From a virus, in IMG/VR virus record IMGVR_UViG_3300017960_000001, positions 1 to 64,000 of that record: a DNA stretch of 64,000 bases; one strand, written 5' to 3'. Of the stretch, positions 48,304-59,114 are shown piece after piece (positions within the stretch are counted from its first letter, which is position 1; every line of letters begins with the position of its first letter). The position numbers and the translations under genes were made by a program. Under the pieces are notes generated by a model. The model saw nothing but the letters and a program-made list of their open reading frames with translations, was not told the origin of the DNA and made no database searches.

Positions 48304-49815
48304 ATGGCCGCACCCGCGATCGACTACGACCGCACCGCCCGGGACTTCGACAGTCTCGACGATCGGCTGTGGGATCTCATGTTGTCGGTGTTTCCCAACC
48401 TGACCGACCGCGACCGCAACAACACTCTCAACCTGCTACGGTGGGCCTTCTCGGACGCCGGCAACAACAACGACTATTACATGAGCAGGTTGTTCCGTCA
48501 GGCATTCGTGCCGACCTGCACCGAGCGAAAATGGATGCAGATCCTGGGTCGCCGGACCGGGTACGAGTTGGGCGGCGTCGGGGCGGCGTCGGTGGACCTC
48601 ACCATAACGCTTCAGAATGGCCCCCTCGCCGGCGATGTGACGATCCCGGCCGGTACATTGATCCGAACGAAGGACGCGACTGCGCCGGTGATAGGAGAGC
48701 TTCAGGCGGACGTGGTGATCACCGCGGGCTCGACCTCGGCGACCGGCAGCTGGCGCCACGCGCAGAGCCGAACGTACACCGCGACGTCGAACGGGCTCGC
48801 CGATCAGGAGTTCTACCTGCCGGAGGGATCCTACATCGACGGGTCGGCCGCTTTCTCGACGGTGCTCGGCGCATGGGAGGAGCAGGACACGCTGGCCTTC
48901 TCGTCCGGCATCGATCGGGACTTCACGATCCGGGTCGACCAGAACGATCGCGCCACCGTCCGCACCGGCGACGGGGTTAACGGGGCGATCCCTCAGGCTG
49001 GCAGCTTCACCATCTCCTACGAGATTGGAGGGGGCGAGGCCGGCAACGTCGACCCGGGCTCGCTCGAGCGCATGCCGTCCGGGTTCACCGATTCCTTCGG
49101 GACGACCGCGGTGCTGACCGTCACCAACGCCGAGGCGGCCGACGGCGGGACGGCGCGCGAGACTGTGAACGCGGCGCGGATCCAGATTCCGCTGACCAAC
49201 ACGGCGGCGAGAACGTCGACCACCCGCGAGGACTTCGAGGTTCACGCGCTGGAAATCGTCGGGGTCGCCCGGGCGCTCATGTTGACCGCCGACGAGGCGA
49301 GCTTCGTCCCCGAAAACGAGGGCCGGCTGTACGTCGTCCCGACCGGCGGCGGCACCCCGTCCTCTGACCTACTCGCTCTGGTCGAAACGGCGGTGACGGA
49401 AACCTACCCACCGCCCCCGACGTTCGAGACTCTCGTCGTCGCTCCGACCTACCTCGACATCGACGTGGTCGCGTGGATCTGGCTGGCCGAGGGCTACTCC
49501 GCGGCGGCGGTCAAGGCATCGATCGAGGCGAACCTCGAGGCGTGGTTCTCTCCGCTCGACACCGACGGATCGCCAAACGCCAACGTCGACTTCGGCTACA
49601 ACTTCAAGGACGCCGACGGGGCGCCCTCCGGCGAGGTTCCGTGGTCGGACATCTTCAACGAGGTGCGCGATACGACCGGGGTGAGGAAGGTGGGCGCCGG
49701 CGCCGACGACTTCACCCTCAACGGCGCGCGAGCGGACGTGTCGATCGCAAACCATGAGTTCCCGCGGCTCGGCACGGTGACGATCTACAACGGGGAAACC
49801 GGGACGGTGATCTAA
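48304..49815 (+). CDS. Baseplate J / gp6-like wedge protein
   Basis: DRTARDFDS, GDGVNGAIP, GGGEAGNV, GGTARET, TREDFE..GVARA. Confidence 0.9.
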   Translation: MAAPAIDYDRTARDFDSLDDRLWDLMLSVFPNLTDRDRNNTLNLLRWAFSDAGNNNDYYMSRLFRQAFVPTCTERKWMQILGRRTGYELGGVGAASVDLTITLQNGPLAGDVTIPAGTLIRTKDATAPVIGELQADVVITAGSTSATGSWRHAQSRTYTATSNGLADQEFYLPEGSYIDGSAAFSTVLGAWEEQDTLAFSSGIDRDFTIRVDQNDRATVRTGDGVNGAIPQAGSFTISYEIGGGEAGNVDPGSLERMPSGFTDSFGTTAVLTVTNAEAADGGTARETVNAARIQIPLTNTAARTSTTREDFEVHALEIVGVARALMLTADEASFVPENEGRLYVVPTGGGTPSSDLLALVETAVTETYPPPPTFETLVVAPTYLDIDVVAWIWLAEGYSAAAVKASIEANLEAWFSPLDTDGSPNANVDFGYNFKDADGAPSGEVPWSDIFNEVRDTTGVRKVGAGADDFTLNGARADVSIANHEFPRLGTVTIYNGETGTVI

Positions 49816-52800
49816 TGAGGCGACCGTATATCGACTGGGACCCCGCCGAGAACCGCGAGCTTGTGCTGGCGCGGGACGGCGGGCCCTACGTGTTCACGGC
49901 CGACGACCACCAAACTCTGAGGAAGCTCGTCACGTTCAACGGCGGGCCCCGATCGATCAACTACGACTCGCCTGTCCACGCGATCCAGAGGTTGCGGTTC
50001 GCCGCCGGTTCGCCCGGCGGGGTGATCGTTGATCAGTGGCCGGTGATGCCGAACAAGTGGGGCTACGCCGGGCACCCGTCCGGCGAGCCTGAGCCTCAGT
50101 TCCTCTGCAACAACTACGGCTCTCCCTACACCCGATCTGGGGCGCGACTTCCCCTGCGTGGCTACCTCGCCACGGGGCTCGGCGGGATCGAAACATCGAT
50201 CGCGGCGAAGTGGACCGACGCGCTCCTGCGCGACGCACCCGAGACTCCGGTCCGCGGGGCGTGGACCGGGGTGGTGCTGTCCGCGCTGAACCTGACCTCG
50301 ATTTTCCCGGGGTCGCACGTCGACTTCTATTCGGTCCACGGCAAGCGCGCCGGCGACACCGGATGGAAGCACAGGGGCGGCGACACGTTCACCACCGCGG
50401 AGTCGATCGCGGTGGCGAACGACATCTTTTCGAGCGGCAACAAGGTGGTGGTCGACCCCGGTCCTCTGGACGACATCACAGTCCGCGCCCTGTACGAGTC
50501 CGGGGGATGGCAACCCCTCCACACCACCGCCAACGGGGACGCGACTCAGGGGGGCGCTCACGCGGCCGAGGACATCGCCGCGGTGGCGGCGTTGGTGCAA
50601 GGTGGAGCGGCGGTTTACGGGGGCTATCCTCCCGCGGATCCGCAGACCCGCTATTACTTCACCGAGCTTGAGCTGGCGCAGTTCGAGCCGTTCGTGATGA
50701 ACAAGGCGGTGTGGGAATATCGAGACTTCCTCGACGCATTCAATCACCTCTACTTGTTCCCGTTTCCTCCTCCGTATGCGGCATTTGGGAGCACGGTCTA
50801 CTCGTACCCGGACCTGATCCACCCGCCGCTCGGATCGACGCACGCCCCGCTGAACCTGCGGGTCAACGACCCCGACCTCGGGTGGTGCGTCGAGATGGGG
50901 CAGGACTCCTACTTGTTGGGCTACGGTGCCGACGAATTCTGGCCGGTGGACACGCAGTCTCCGACCGAGCTTTGCACGTCTGACCCGTGGACGTTTACCG
51001 ACGATGCACCGTTCGCTTTCGCTATCAGGCTGAAGCTCGAAGGGGCGTCGTTCGAGTACCCGGAAAAGAACATCTTCAGCTTCGGCGACGTGTACCAACG
51101 GGGCAGCAATTTCAGCAACGGGATCGGCATTGCGATCCAAGTCGGTTTTATCAACGTCCGCTATTGGGACAACGGTTTCTGGAATCTGCTACAGGCGCAG
51201 GTCTCTCCCGAGGTGCTCTCGTCGGCGCCGCTCGACCTCGCGGTGGCGTGGACCGGGGCCGATGGTGATCGGTCCGGCTACGGTCCGAGGATCCTGCGGT
51301 TGCTGGTGAACGGGCGCACGGTCGCCGCCGTCGAGACGTCCGGTGTAAATCAATACTTCGCCGGGACGGCTCGCGCCTTCATCGGGCACTCGCCTGAGTC
51401 TGGACCGTACCCGGGTTTCGAGGGCAAGTTCCGCCGGGCCCGGGTGTGGTGCTACGACCTGTCCGACGACGAGCTTCGCCGGGCGTTCGACGACGCTGAG
51501 TCTCCGGTGGTGACGTCGGGGAACTTCGACGAGCCGGCGGCCGACGGCGCACCGGGAGAGGCCGAGGGGTGGACGTGGTCCGAGCACGGATCGGAGAACC
51601 CGCTCGCCGCGTTCCGTAGCAGCCCGTGGGCGACGCCGGAGGAGGAGTTCGGGTGGGGAGACGAGGCTCCGTCGGTCACGTTCGAGGGGCCGACATGGGA
51701 TCTGAGGATCGCGGTTCAGCATTCGGTGGGGGCGGTGACCCCGGCGCCCTCGAATCGGATCATCCTCTACAACAACGACTATCGACAATACCTCAGGACC
51801 GGGTGCGGGATCAGGATCCAAGGGTCGACCGGGCTCGACGGATACTGGACCGTTTCGTCTTTCTGGTATGCCGGTTCGCACACCTACATCGAGACGGTCG
51901 AGGACATCCTGACCACGACGGCCGACGGGCTCTGTGAGATCCCGCGGGTGGCCGATTTCTCGTCGCACGTGTTCACCGGGCAGTGGGCTCAGTTCTGGGA
52001 TATTTGGTTCGACGACCCGGCCGCGGTCACCGCCGACGAGCTTGCCCTCGTCCTGAACTCCTACTTGCAGCACACCACCGCCCGGGCGCGTGGCGACAAC
52101 GTGACCCTGCGATCGAACTACGCCGGGTCGACGGTCCTACTGCAATGGGATTTCGAGGGGAACACTGGCTCGGATTGGGGGGTGGACGACGTCGGGATCG
52201 CCGACACCTGGGACGACGTGTCCGCGATCGCAGCTGTGTTCGCCGAGGGGTCGGACATCGCCGGCACCGCCGAGACGTTTTTCTGGTTCGAGCAATACGA
52301 CGATTTCGAGAGCGCGGGCCCCGTCGAGGCCGAGTTCCTCTCCTACTACGAGGTGCTCAACGGTGTCGGTGTGCCGCGGGTCCTGCCCCGCGACGCGGAC
52401 ACGTTCGGCGAGGGGTGGAACGACGACCCGCTCTCGCTACCGGTGGGGGACTGGTACTCGCCGCAGCAACGCAACGGCAGGATCTACGGGGACCCGGTCA
52501 GCTTCCCGTTGCAGATCAAGGCGAACCGCGATCAACTCTGGGCCTGGGACTACTCCGATCCGACCAACCTGTACGAGGTGGCGGTGACGTCGGGGATCTA
52601 CGACACACCGGCCGCGCTGCTCACCGACCTGCAAACTCTGTGGGCGGCGCAATTCCCTCTGTCGCCGAACACCTTCGGCGCCGAGGAGCAGCCCGACGGG
52701 ACCTACCGGATCTGGCTCGGGTGGGACGGGGTGACCGCGGTTCCGACGGTCGCCGCGGCGCAGCTTTACGCGGGGCCGAATCTGTCCTACGAGGAGGGAG

Positions 52801-53177
52801 CCCGCGAAGCTCTCGGGTTCAACGGCACCGGACCGAACGACACCACCGGAGAGATCCGGGCACCAGAGGAGGCGATCGAGGGGACGTCGCCGCCGTGGGA
52901 CGAGAGCGAGCTATACGGATCGGACAAGTGGACCCTCGCCTCGTACTCGCTATATGCGATCGGAGGCGGACATCAGGACGACCCGATCTGGCCGGGGCTA
53001 CAACCGGCGATCTTCGACGTGTCGATCGGTTCACCTCAGGGCGTCGAGCTGATCGACCCGGCGGGGTGGGGCGGCGCGTTGATCGATCCGCTGACCTACG
53101 TGTGGACAGATGACTGCTTGTTCGATACCGACGTCGGGCCGGGCGAGTTGTTCGAGGACTTCGAGGAAGGATGGTAA
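49815..53177 (+). CDS. Large baseplate/receptor-binding protein with LamG/ConA-like domain
   Basis: LAVAW..LRLLVNG..FIG..FEGK..VW..LSDDEL LamG pattern; 1120 aa. Confidence 0.65.
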   Translation: MRRPYIDWDPAENRELVLARDGGPYVFTADDHQTLRKLVTFNGGPRSINYDSPVHAIQRLRFAAGSPGGVIVDQWPVMPNKWGYAGHPSGEPEPQFLCNNYGSPYTRSGARLPLRGYLATGLGGIETSIAAKWTDALLRDAPETPVRGAWTGVVLSALNLTSIFPGSHVDFYSVHGKRAGDTGWKHRGGDTFTTAESIAVANDIFSSGNKVVVDPGPLDDITVRALYESGGWQPLHTTANGDATQGGAHAAEDIAAVAALVQGGAAVYGGYPPADPQTRYYFTELELAQFEPFVMNKAVWEYRDFLDAFNHLYLFPFPPPYAAFGSTVYSYPDLIHPPLGSTHAPLNLRVNDPDLGWCVEMGQDSYLLGYGADEFWPVDTQSPTELCTSDPWTFTDDAPFAFAIRLKLEGASFEYPEKNIFSFGDVYQRGSNFSNGIGIAIQVGFINVRYWDNGFWNLLQAQVSPEVLSSAPLDLAVAWTGADGDRSGYGPRILRLLVNGRTVAAVETSGVNQYFAGTARAFIGHSPESGPYPGFEGKFRRARVWCYDLSDDELRRAFDDAESPVVTSGNFDEPAADGAPGEAEGWTWSEHGSENPLAAFRSSPWATPEEEFGWGDEAPSVTFEGPTWDLRIAVQHSVGAVTPAPSNRIILYNNDYRQYLRTGCGIRIQGSTGLDGYWTVSSFWYAGSHTYIETVEDILTTTADGLCEIPRVADFSSHVFTGQWAQFWDIWFDDPAAVTADELALVLNSYLQHTTARARGDNVTLRSNYAGSTVLLQWDFEGNTGSDWGVDDVGIADTWDDVSAIAAVFAEGSDIAGTAETFFWFEQYDDFESAGPVEAEFLSYYEVLNGVGVPRVLPRDADTFGEGWNDDPLSLPVGDWYSPQQRNGRIYGDPVSFPLQIKANRDQLWAWDYSDPTNLYEVAVTSGIYDTPAALLTDLQTLWAAQFPLSPNTFGAEEQPDGTYRIWLGWDGVTAVPTVAAAQLYAGPNLSYEEGAREALGFNGTGPNDTTGEIRAPEEAIEGTSPPWDESELYGSDKWTLASYSLYAIGGGHQDDPIWPGLQPAIFDVSIGSPQGVELIDPAGWGGALIDPLTYVWTDDCLFDTDVGPGELFEDFEEGW

Positions 53178-53180
53178 CTC

Positions 53181-53885
53181 ATGAGCAGTGTTGATTGGAC
53201 GGAGCAAGGAAACTCACTCTCGGCCGGCATCGTGGCCCGCGGGGCGACCGGCGGGATCACGCCGCCGAACGGTGGAGGCTCCGCGGTGTACGCGATGAAC
53301 TGTCTGGACGGGACGGTGATCGGCGGCGTCGCTCTCCGCGTCGCGCTGTCGGACTACAACCCGACCGCGAAAGGTGCGTCGGTCCGGGGCACGGTGAAGA
53401 AGCTTTCGAGCGCGTCCAACACAGGCTTCACCCCGTTCCTATTCTGCATGTGCGGGGGCACGGACATCGACGACAACGCCTATATTCTCGGCCTCGAAAA
53501 CCGGCACCCGTACCGGATCGTTTTGGTGAAGGGATCGCTGCTCGCCGGTGTTCCCGAGGCGGTCGACGGTGCCTACCTGCGACGGTCCTCCGACGAGTAC
53601 CAGATCACCGAGGACAAGCACCACCACCTCAGGCTCGACGCGATCGCACAACCCTCCGGGGACGTGTACTTGCAGGTCTACGAAAACGACCTCGACGTCA
53701 ACCCTGTCACCGCCCCGGTGTGGACGGCGATCCCGGGAATGGCTCAGTTCGTGGACGACGTCGCGGGGATCAACTCTGGCTCGGTACCGTACACCGCCGG
53801 TTACCTGGGGTTCGGGTCGATCTTCCAAGAGGCGGTGTCAACCCGTGTAGCGTTCGACCACTTCCAAGCTCTGAGGCAGACCTAG
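53181..53885 (+). CDS. Beta-sandwich structural protein
   Basis: Lectin-like pattern; operon position. Confidence 0.6.
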   Translation: MSSVDWTEQGNSLSAGIVARGATGGITPPNGGGSAVYAMNCLDGTVIGGVALRVALSDYNPTAKGASVRGTVKKLSSASNTGFTPFLFCMCGGTDIDDNAYILGLENRHPYRIVLVKGSLLAGVPEAVDGAYLRRSSDEYQITEDKHHHLRLDAIAQPSGDVYLQVYENDLDVNPVTAPVWTAIPGMAQFVDDVAGINSGSVPYTAGYLGFGSIFQEAVSTRVAFDHFQALRQT

Positions 53886-53887
53886 CG

Positions 53888-54358
53888 ATGGGGATCACTC
53901 CACCACTCCCGGGGACGCCGTCCGACGGGCAGCTGCCCCCGATGCCGGACCCGCCGAAGGGTGACCCGACGGTGTACCGCGGAGACGGTACCTTCTTCAA
54001 AGCGAGCCGGGCAATTCTGACCGGTCGCCGCGAGGACGCGGATGGGGTTTATCGGTTCATCCTCGGCGCCGACGATCCGAACGAGGTTGTCGAGCTTTCC
54101 GAGGGCGGATCGGAGGTGTCGGCGGTGATCGACTTGACCGACGCCGACCTGATCAGCTTCAACGCCGAGGCGGTGGTGCCTGCGGTGCCGGCCGGGGCGA
54201 GTGAGGCGTGGGTTGTCAGCATCCTGATCGACGGGGTTCTGCTCGCCCGGCACGACCTCGCCGCCGAGCAAACCACCGATCTCTCTGACCTCGGCGCGCC
54301 GGTTCGTCGGTACACCGGCGAGCACGAAGTAACGCTCCGCTTTTGGTGGCAGGTGTAG
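53888..54358 (+). CDS. Hypothetical structural protein
   Basis: ATG 53888 just after the upstream stop. Confidence 0.6.
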   Translation: MGITPPLPGTPSDGQLPPMPDPPKGDPTVYRGDGTFFKASRAILTGRREDADGVYRFILGADDPNEVVELSEGGSEVSAVIDLTDADLISFNAEAVVPAVPAGASEAWVVSILIDGVLLARHDLAAEQTTDLSDLGAPVRRYTGEHEVTLRFWWQV

Positions 54359-54361
54359 ACC

Positions 54362-56650
54362 ATGGGAATCACGACCGGACAGCTGCTCGCAATGCTCTCC
54401 TCGGAGGAGGCGAGCGTCGCAACGATCGTCGGGGACTTCGCGCTCGTCATGCGGGCCCCGTTGCCCGACGAAGTGCAGGTCCCGCTCGGGTCGACGGTGG
54501 CGCTCAGGGTGGTCGCGCTCGAGGGGGATCCGGTCGTCGCCGGCGAGGGGGTTTCCGAACTGGAAATCCGGGTCGACGGGACTCTCGTTTTCGACCTCAC
54601 CGGAGGGTTGTTCGTCGACGTGGATTGGCAGGGGGCCGGGAACGCTCAGGCTCCGCACACCGCAACCGATCCGTACACCTTTCATGAGGTGACGCTGGAC
54701 CCGACGTCGCCGCCTCAATGGACCACCGAGCAGGTCGTGACCGTCGAGGTGTCCGGCGAGGATCACCTGTCGAACACGTTCTCGGAGAGCTACAGTTTCA
54801 CCGCGCTGGACGTCACACCGCCGCAGGTTGTGTCGGCCGAGGCGATCGATCGACAGCAGGTCCGGGTCACGTTCTCGGAAGCAATGGCGACGACCCCGCA
54901 GAACGGCGCCGCGGAGGTGACGTCGACGAACGCCGGCCCGTTCAACCTCTCTGGCGGTGAGACTCTCATCGTGGCGATCGGGGGCGAGCAGCAAACGCTA
55001 ACCTTCGATGCGCCGATGTTCCTCGCTCCGGGGGCGGCGACCGACGCCGAGGTCGCGTTCGCTATCTCAGCCTTGCTGGACGGCGCCGCTGGCTCAGAGG
55101 CCGCGGGCGGGGGTGTCACCATCGCCACCGACGACCGCGGCGACTCAGTCTCGCTTCAGGTCCTCGGAGGGACGGCGAATGCAGTGCTCGGGTTTCCGGT
55201 CGCGGCGGCCTACGGATCCTCGGCCTACGTGCTCGCGGCCGAGAACTTCACGTTCACCCGGCACAACGTCTTTCCAGAGGTGGCGGTCAGCCTGACGGCC
55301 GAATCGGTGCAGCTGGTCGACGGGTCCGGCGATACTCAGGTGGACGTCTCGACGCAGTGGGCCATGACCCCGGGCGCACCCTACCGCGTGACGGTCGACG
55401 ACGACGTCGAGGACGCGCATTCTGTGCCGATCGACCCCGACTACCTATCGGCCGAGTTCGACGGTTGGAGCCCGCCGTGGCCGGCGAGGCGGGACGCGAG
55501 CCTCGAGGTCCCGGCTGACCTGTACGAAAAGGACGCCACCGGGCACGCGACCGCGATCATCAATTGCTTCCAAGAGGTCGAGGACCTGATCCTCTACGAC
55601 ATCGACACGCTGATCGATCCGATCGACCCGGACCTTGCGTCGGACGCGGAGATCGACCTGCACCTGACCGAGTTGGGGAACCCGTTCGATTGGGCCGACC
55701 TCGACCTGACCGCGGCGCAACGACGCAAGCTCGCCGAGTTGTTGCCGACCCTGTACCAGTACCGCGGGACGGCGCAGGGGATAGAGGCTGCGATCCGGTT
55801 GCTACTGGAAATCGAGGTCGAGGTGGTGCCGCATTGGGCCGAGGTCTGGGTGCTCGGCGAGGACCTCCTCGGAGATTACTACCCGGCGCAAGTATTGTCG
55901 GCCAACCCGCAGACCTACAATCTTTCGGCGGCGTCGCTCGACCTTTGGATTGCGGTGGACGGGGGGCACACGATCCAGGGAGTCGACACCGGCGCGCCGA
56001 GCTTCACGGTCCCGGGGCCGGTGGCCTCCCTGTTCACCGCCGGCACGATCTTCCGGGTGGTCGACTCTACTGGCAACGACGCGACCTATGAGGTCGACGC
56101 GGCCGGCTCGACCGACACCGGCGACGAGACGATCATCCCGCTGACCACCACCCCGCCGAGCGCGCTGGCGGACGGGCGCATCGTCGACCGGATCGAGTTC
56201 TCGAACGTGGCGGGGATCGACTTCGCCACCCCGACCGCGGCGACGGCCGACGAGGTCGCCACGGCGATCGCGGCCCGCACGGAAGCAGGCGCAGCTGCGC
56301 TCGATCCCGGGGGCGGTACGGTGGTCGCTGTGATCTCGACCAACCCGACGGGAACGATCCAAGTAGTAGGGGGCACCGCCAACGCGGTGCTCGGTTTCGA
56401 TACGAGTCTGCACAGTTCGACGGGCGGTTGTGTCCTCGGTCCGACAGACTCTCGCGGGATTCGAACCTTTGACATCGTGACGAACGAAACGCTATCGTCT
56501 TTGGAGGAGTCGTTGATCGAACGGATCGCGGTTCGCTTCAAGATGGTCAACGAACACTTCGGCAGGATCCGCACCGGCTACGTGGTTTCCGACGACGGAA
56601 TCTGGCGGCTCGGATCAAGCCGGCTAGGGGACGACACGGTCCTCGGCTGA
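54362..56650 (+). CDS. Tail protein with P2 gpI-like domain and Ig-like inserts
   Basis: IDPDLA..L..LG..RRKL..LYQYRGTAQGIEAAIRLLL. Confidence 0.75.
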   Translation: MGITTGQLLAMLSSEEASVATIVGDFALVMRAPLPDEVQVPLGSTVALRVVALEGDPVVAGEGVSELEIRVDGTLVFDLTGGLFVDVDWQGAGNAQAPHTATDPYTFHEVTLDPTSPPQWTTEQVVTVEVSGEDHLSNTFSESYSFTALDVTPPQVVSAEAIDRQQVRVTFSEAMATTPQNGAAEVTSTNAGPFNLSGGETLIVAIGGEQQTLTFDAPMFLAPGAATDAEVAFAISALLDGAAGSEAAGGGVTIATDDRGDSVSLQVLGGTANAVLGFPVAAAYGSSAYVLAAENFTFTRHNVFPEVAVSLTAESVQLVDGSGDTQVDVSTQWAMTPGAPYRVTVDDDVEDAHSVPIDPDYLSAEFDGWSPPWPARRDASLEVPADLYEKDATGHATAIINCFQEVEDLILYDIDTLIDPIDPDLASDAEIDLHLTELGNPFDWADLDLTAAQRRKLAELLPTLYQYRGTAQGIEAAIRLLLEIEVEVVPHWAEVWVLGEDLLGDYYPAQVLSANPQTYNLSAASLDLWIAVDGGHTIQGVDTGAPSFTVPGPVASLFTAGTIFRVVDSTGNDATYEVDAAGSTDTGDETIIPLTTTPPSALADGRIVDRIEFSNVAGIDFATPTAATADEVATAIAARTEAGAAALDPGGGTVVAVISTNPTGTIQVVGGTANAVLGFDTSLHSSTGGCVLGPTDSRGIRTFDIVTNETLSSLEESLIERIAVRFKMVNEHFGRIRTGYVVSDDGIWRLGSSRLGDDTVLG

Positions 56651-56663
56651 GGGAGAGCACGGC

Positions 56664-59099
56664 ATGGACAAACGAGATTTCTATTACCTCGAGCGGGTTT
56701 TGGAGAGCGACTTGGATCAGGTCCAAGCGTTCGTCGAGACTGCGATCAAGGCGTCGCGCTCGGACCTCGGCGAGTTCGGGATCCACGACGGCGGCGACGT
56801 GGTGCAGAACGCCCCGCCGGATCTCAATGTGTTGGTCGGCGGACCGGCGCAGCTGTCCGACGCCGAGGGCAACCGGATCGCGTGGTCGACTCAGCAAACC
56901 GTCGACTGCTCGCAGGACTACCTCGGGTCGCCGACGACGGTCACCAACCCCGCCAACGAGAGATGGATCGCGGTGGTCGCCGAGTACGATCAGACGTTGT
57001 CCGATCCCGAGACGGACGGCAACGGAGTGATCGTCTATACGAGGGTTTACGATAGCTTCAATATCTACGTGGTGATGGCAACCGAGCAAGCTCTGGGCAC
57101 GGGGCTGAAGGCGTCGGTCCCGTCCGACGCGGTGCTGCTCGCCGACATCCTTTTGGTGAATGCCCAGACTCAGATCCTCAACGCCGACATCGACGAGGAC
57201 CGCCGCGAGGACTACACCCGGGAGACGGGCACCACGATCGCGGACCTCGTCGCCGGCACCCCGGCGGCCGCTATCACATGGCTCTACGGAGTGCTCGACG
57301 GCGTCGCGTCCGCGTCGGGGATCGTGTTCACCCCATCCGGCACCTGGCACGACGGCTCCGCTCTGGTGGCGACCAACGTCGAGGACGCGATCAACGAGGT
57401 GGTGGCCGACCTCGCCAGCGACACCGCGGCCGACGCCGGCGCTGACCGCGTCGGCGCCGAGGCACACACCACCGCCGGGGGCTACGCCGACCTCGCGCAG
57501 GGATCGGTCGAGGACCAGCTGCAATCGGTGGCCGACGACGTCGACGGACACATCGGAGGCGGGGCACCCCAGCACGCCGCGTCGGTGATCACGTTCTCGC
57601 CGGTGGGGATCATCGCGGCGACCGACGTTCAGGCTGCGATCGCCGAGTTGCTGACCGACCTCGCGGCGCAATCGGCGCCGACCGGAGCAGCTCAGGTCGG
57701 GTACCTCTCGCCGTGGGCCGTCGGGATGACGGTCAACTCCGCGCTGAACCTCAGGCCGGAACGTGACAAGCGCGAAGCACTGACCGGCGATTGGATCTCA
57801 CACGCCGACCACCCGCTCGACAAGACCCGCCTCGGCGGTACCGTCCCGCCGGGGCTCGGACTCTCCGAGGAGCTACCGCGTCAAGGGTTCTGGAATGAGA
57901 ACTGGTCCAATCCTTTCTCGGGTCGGAACAGCTACCAGCTGACCGCCTTCAATCACCCGGACGTGTGCATGCTCTGGCACTCGGAGGAAGGGCTGACCGG
58001 TTCCGGCTCGACGGTGCTCCGGCCGTTCATCGCTGTACTACAGCAGATCGACGGCGGCGGCGCCGGCAACTATCCGCACATCCTGATCTTCGATCCCGAG
58101 GACATCGCCGGCGGAACGATCGCCGACTTCACTCTGTCCGGTTTCACCGGGCACACCACCGGCCCGCTCTACGGTGAGGCGATGTGCTCGAACGGCGGCG
58201 AGCTTCTCGTCTGCATCAACGACGGCGCGGCGGACTTCGTCGGCAAGTTCACGATCGCCTCCGGCGTGGGCACACACGGCTGGGTGTTCAACTTCGGAGC
58301 GAACGTGTACGGGGCCTATCCGTCCAACCGGATCAGGATCGTGAACGACAACGGCGACATGGTGATCGCGCTCGGAGGAGTCGCCACCGGTGGCGCGGGC
58401 GTGCTCCAATGCCTCGACAAAAACGGGGCGTCGAACTGGCGAGCGGACGGTGACGCCGGCGCGGCGCAGGGCAACCCGTCCGGCGGGCTCTGTTCCGACG
58501 GGACGAACGTCTATTTCACCACCGACGCCACCGGCACCGCGACGCAATACTCGCTCTGCTCGGCGACCATCGCCGCGGGTGCCGACCCGGGGATCGTCCT
58601 GCCGCAGAACATGGCGAACAGTCGAACCCTCCTCGATTGCTGTTTTGATGGTCGGTTCGTGTGGTTCGTCACCGGCGCCGACACGATTGGACCGGGGGCG
58701 GCCTACATCGGCTGGTATGACCCGACCACCGACGCGGTGCAGCTGCCGGCGCACACGATCGGAGCGGCCGGCGCCGCGGCGATCGATCAACGTCATTCGG
58801 GGATGTGCTGCACCGACGGGCTGAACCTTTGGTTCCACGACTTCAACGAGCTTGCCGCAGTGGCGAACGCGATCTCGCGGTTGTCGGCGGTGCCGCTCGG
58901 CAATATCTACGACCGGCTGCAACCGGGCGACGACCCCGGCGGTTCGTGCCAGTACCTGAAGCTCCCGGGCAACGGGATCGGAGCGAAGGCGAGGCTCGGC
59001 CGGTTGGCCTTCGACGGCGACGCGATGTATGCGATCGTCGACAACGGAACGAACACGAACATCTTGCAGAGAGTACCGCGGGCCGGCTCGCGGAATTAG
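56664..59099 (+). CDS. Tail fibre protein
   Basis: N-terminal DFYYLERVLESDLD baseplate-docking pattern; ATNVEDAINEV/ATDVQAAIAEL repeats; propeller-like C-terminus. Confidence 0.75.
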   Translation: MDKRDFYYLERVLESDLDQVQAFVETAIKASRSDLGEFGIHDGGDVVQNAPPDLNVLVGGPAQLSDAEGNRIAWSTQQTVDCSQDYLGSPTTVTNPANERWIAVVAEYDQTLSDPETDGNGVIVYTRVYDSFNIYVVMATEQALGTGLKASVPSDAVLLADILLVNAQTQILNADIDEDRREDYTRETGTTIADLVAGTPAAAITWLYGVLDGVASASGIVFTPSGTWHDGSALVATNVEDAINEVVADLASDTAADAGADRVGAEAHTTAGGYADLAQGSVEDQLQSVADDVDGHIGGGAPQHAASVITFSPVGIIAATDVQAAIAELLTDLAAQSAPTGAAQVGYLSPWAVGMTVNSALNLRPERDKREALTGDWISHADHPLDKTRLGGTVPPGLGLSEELPRQGFWNENWSNPFSGRNSYQLTAFNHPDVCMLWHSEEGLTGSGSTVLRPFIAVLQQIDGGGAGNYPHILIFDPEDIAGGTIADFTLSGFTGHTTGPLYGEAMCSNGGELLVCINDGAADFVGKFTIASGVGTHGWVFNFGANVYGAYPSNRIRIVNDNGDMVIALGGVATGGAGVLQCLDKNGASNWRADGDAGAAQGNPSGGLCSDGTNVYFTTDATGTATQYSLCSATIAAGADPGIVLPQNMANSRTLLDCCFDGRFVWFVTGADTIGPGAAYIGWYDPTTDAVQLPAHTIGAAGAAAIDQRHSGMCCTDGLNLWFHDFNELAAVANAISRLSAVPLGNIYDRLQPGDDPGGSCQYLKLPGNGIGAKARLGRLAFDGDAMYAIVDNGTNTNILQRVPRAGSRN

Positions 59100-59114
59100 C
59101 GGAGGAACGGCGAC

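Noticed and set aside
37767-49815. Extracellular contractile injection system or tailocin
   Set aside because: Terminase, portal, protease and capsid genes are present in the same operon, so this is a phage tail
49815-59099. Diversity-generating retroelement or invertible fibre cassette
   Set aside because: No reverse transcriptase, invertase or TR/VR repeat pair seen in the window
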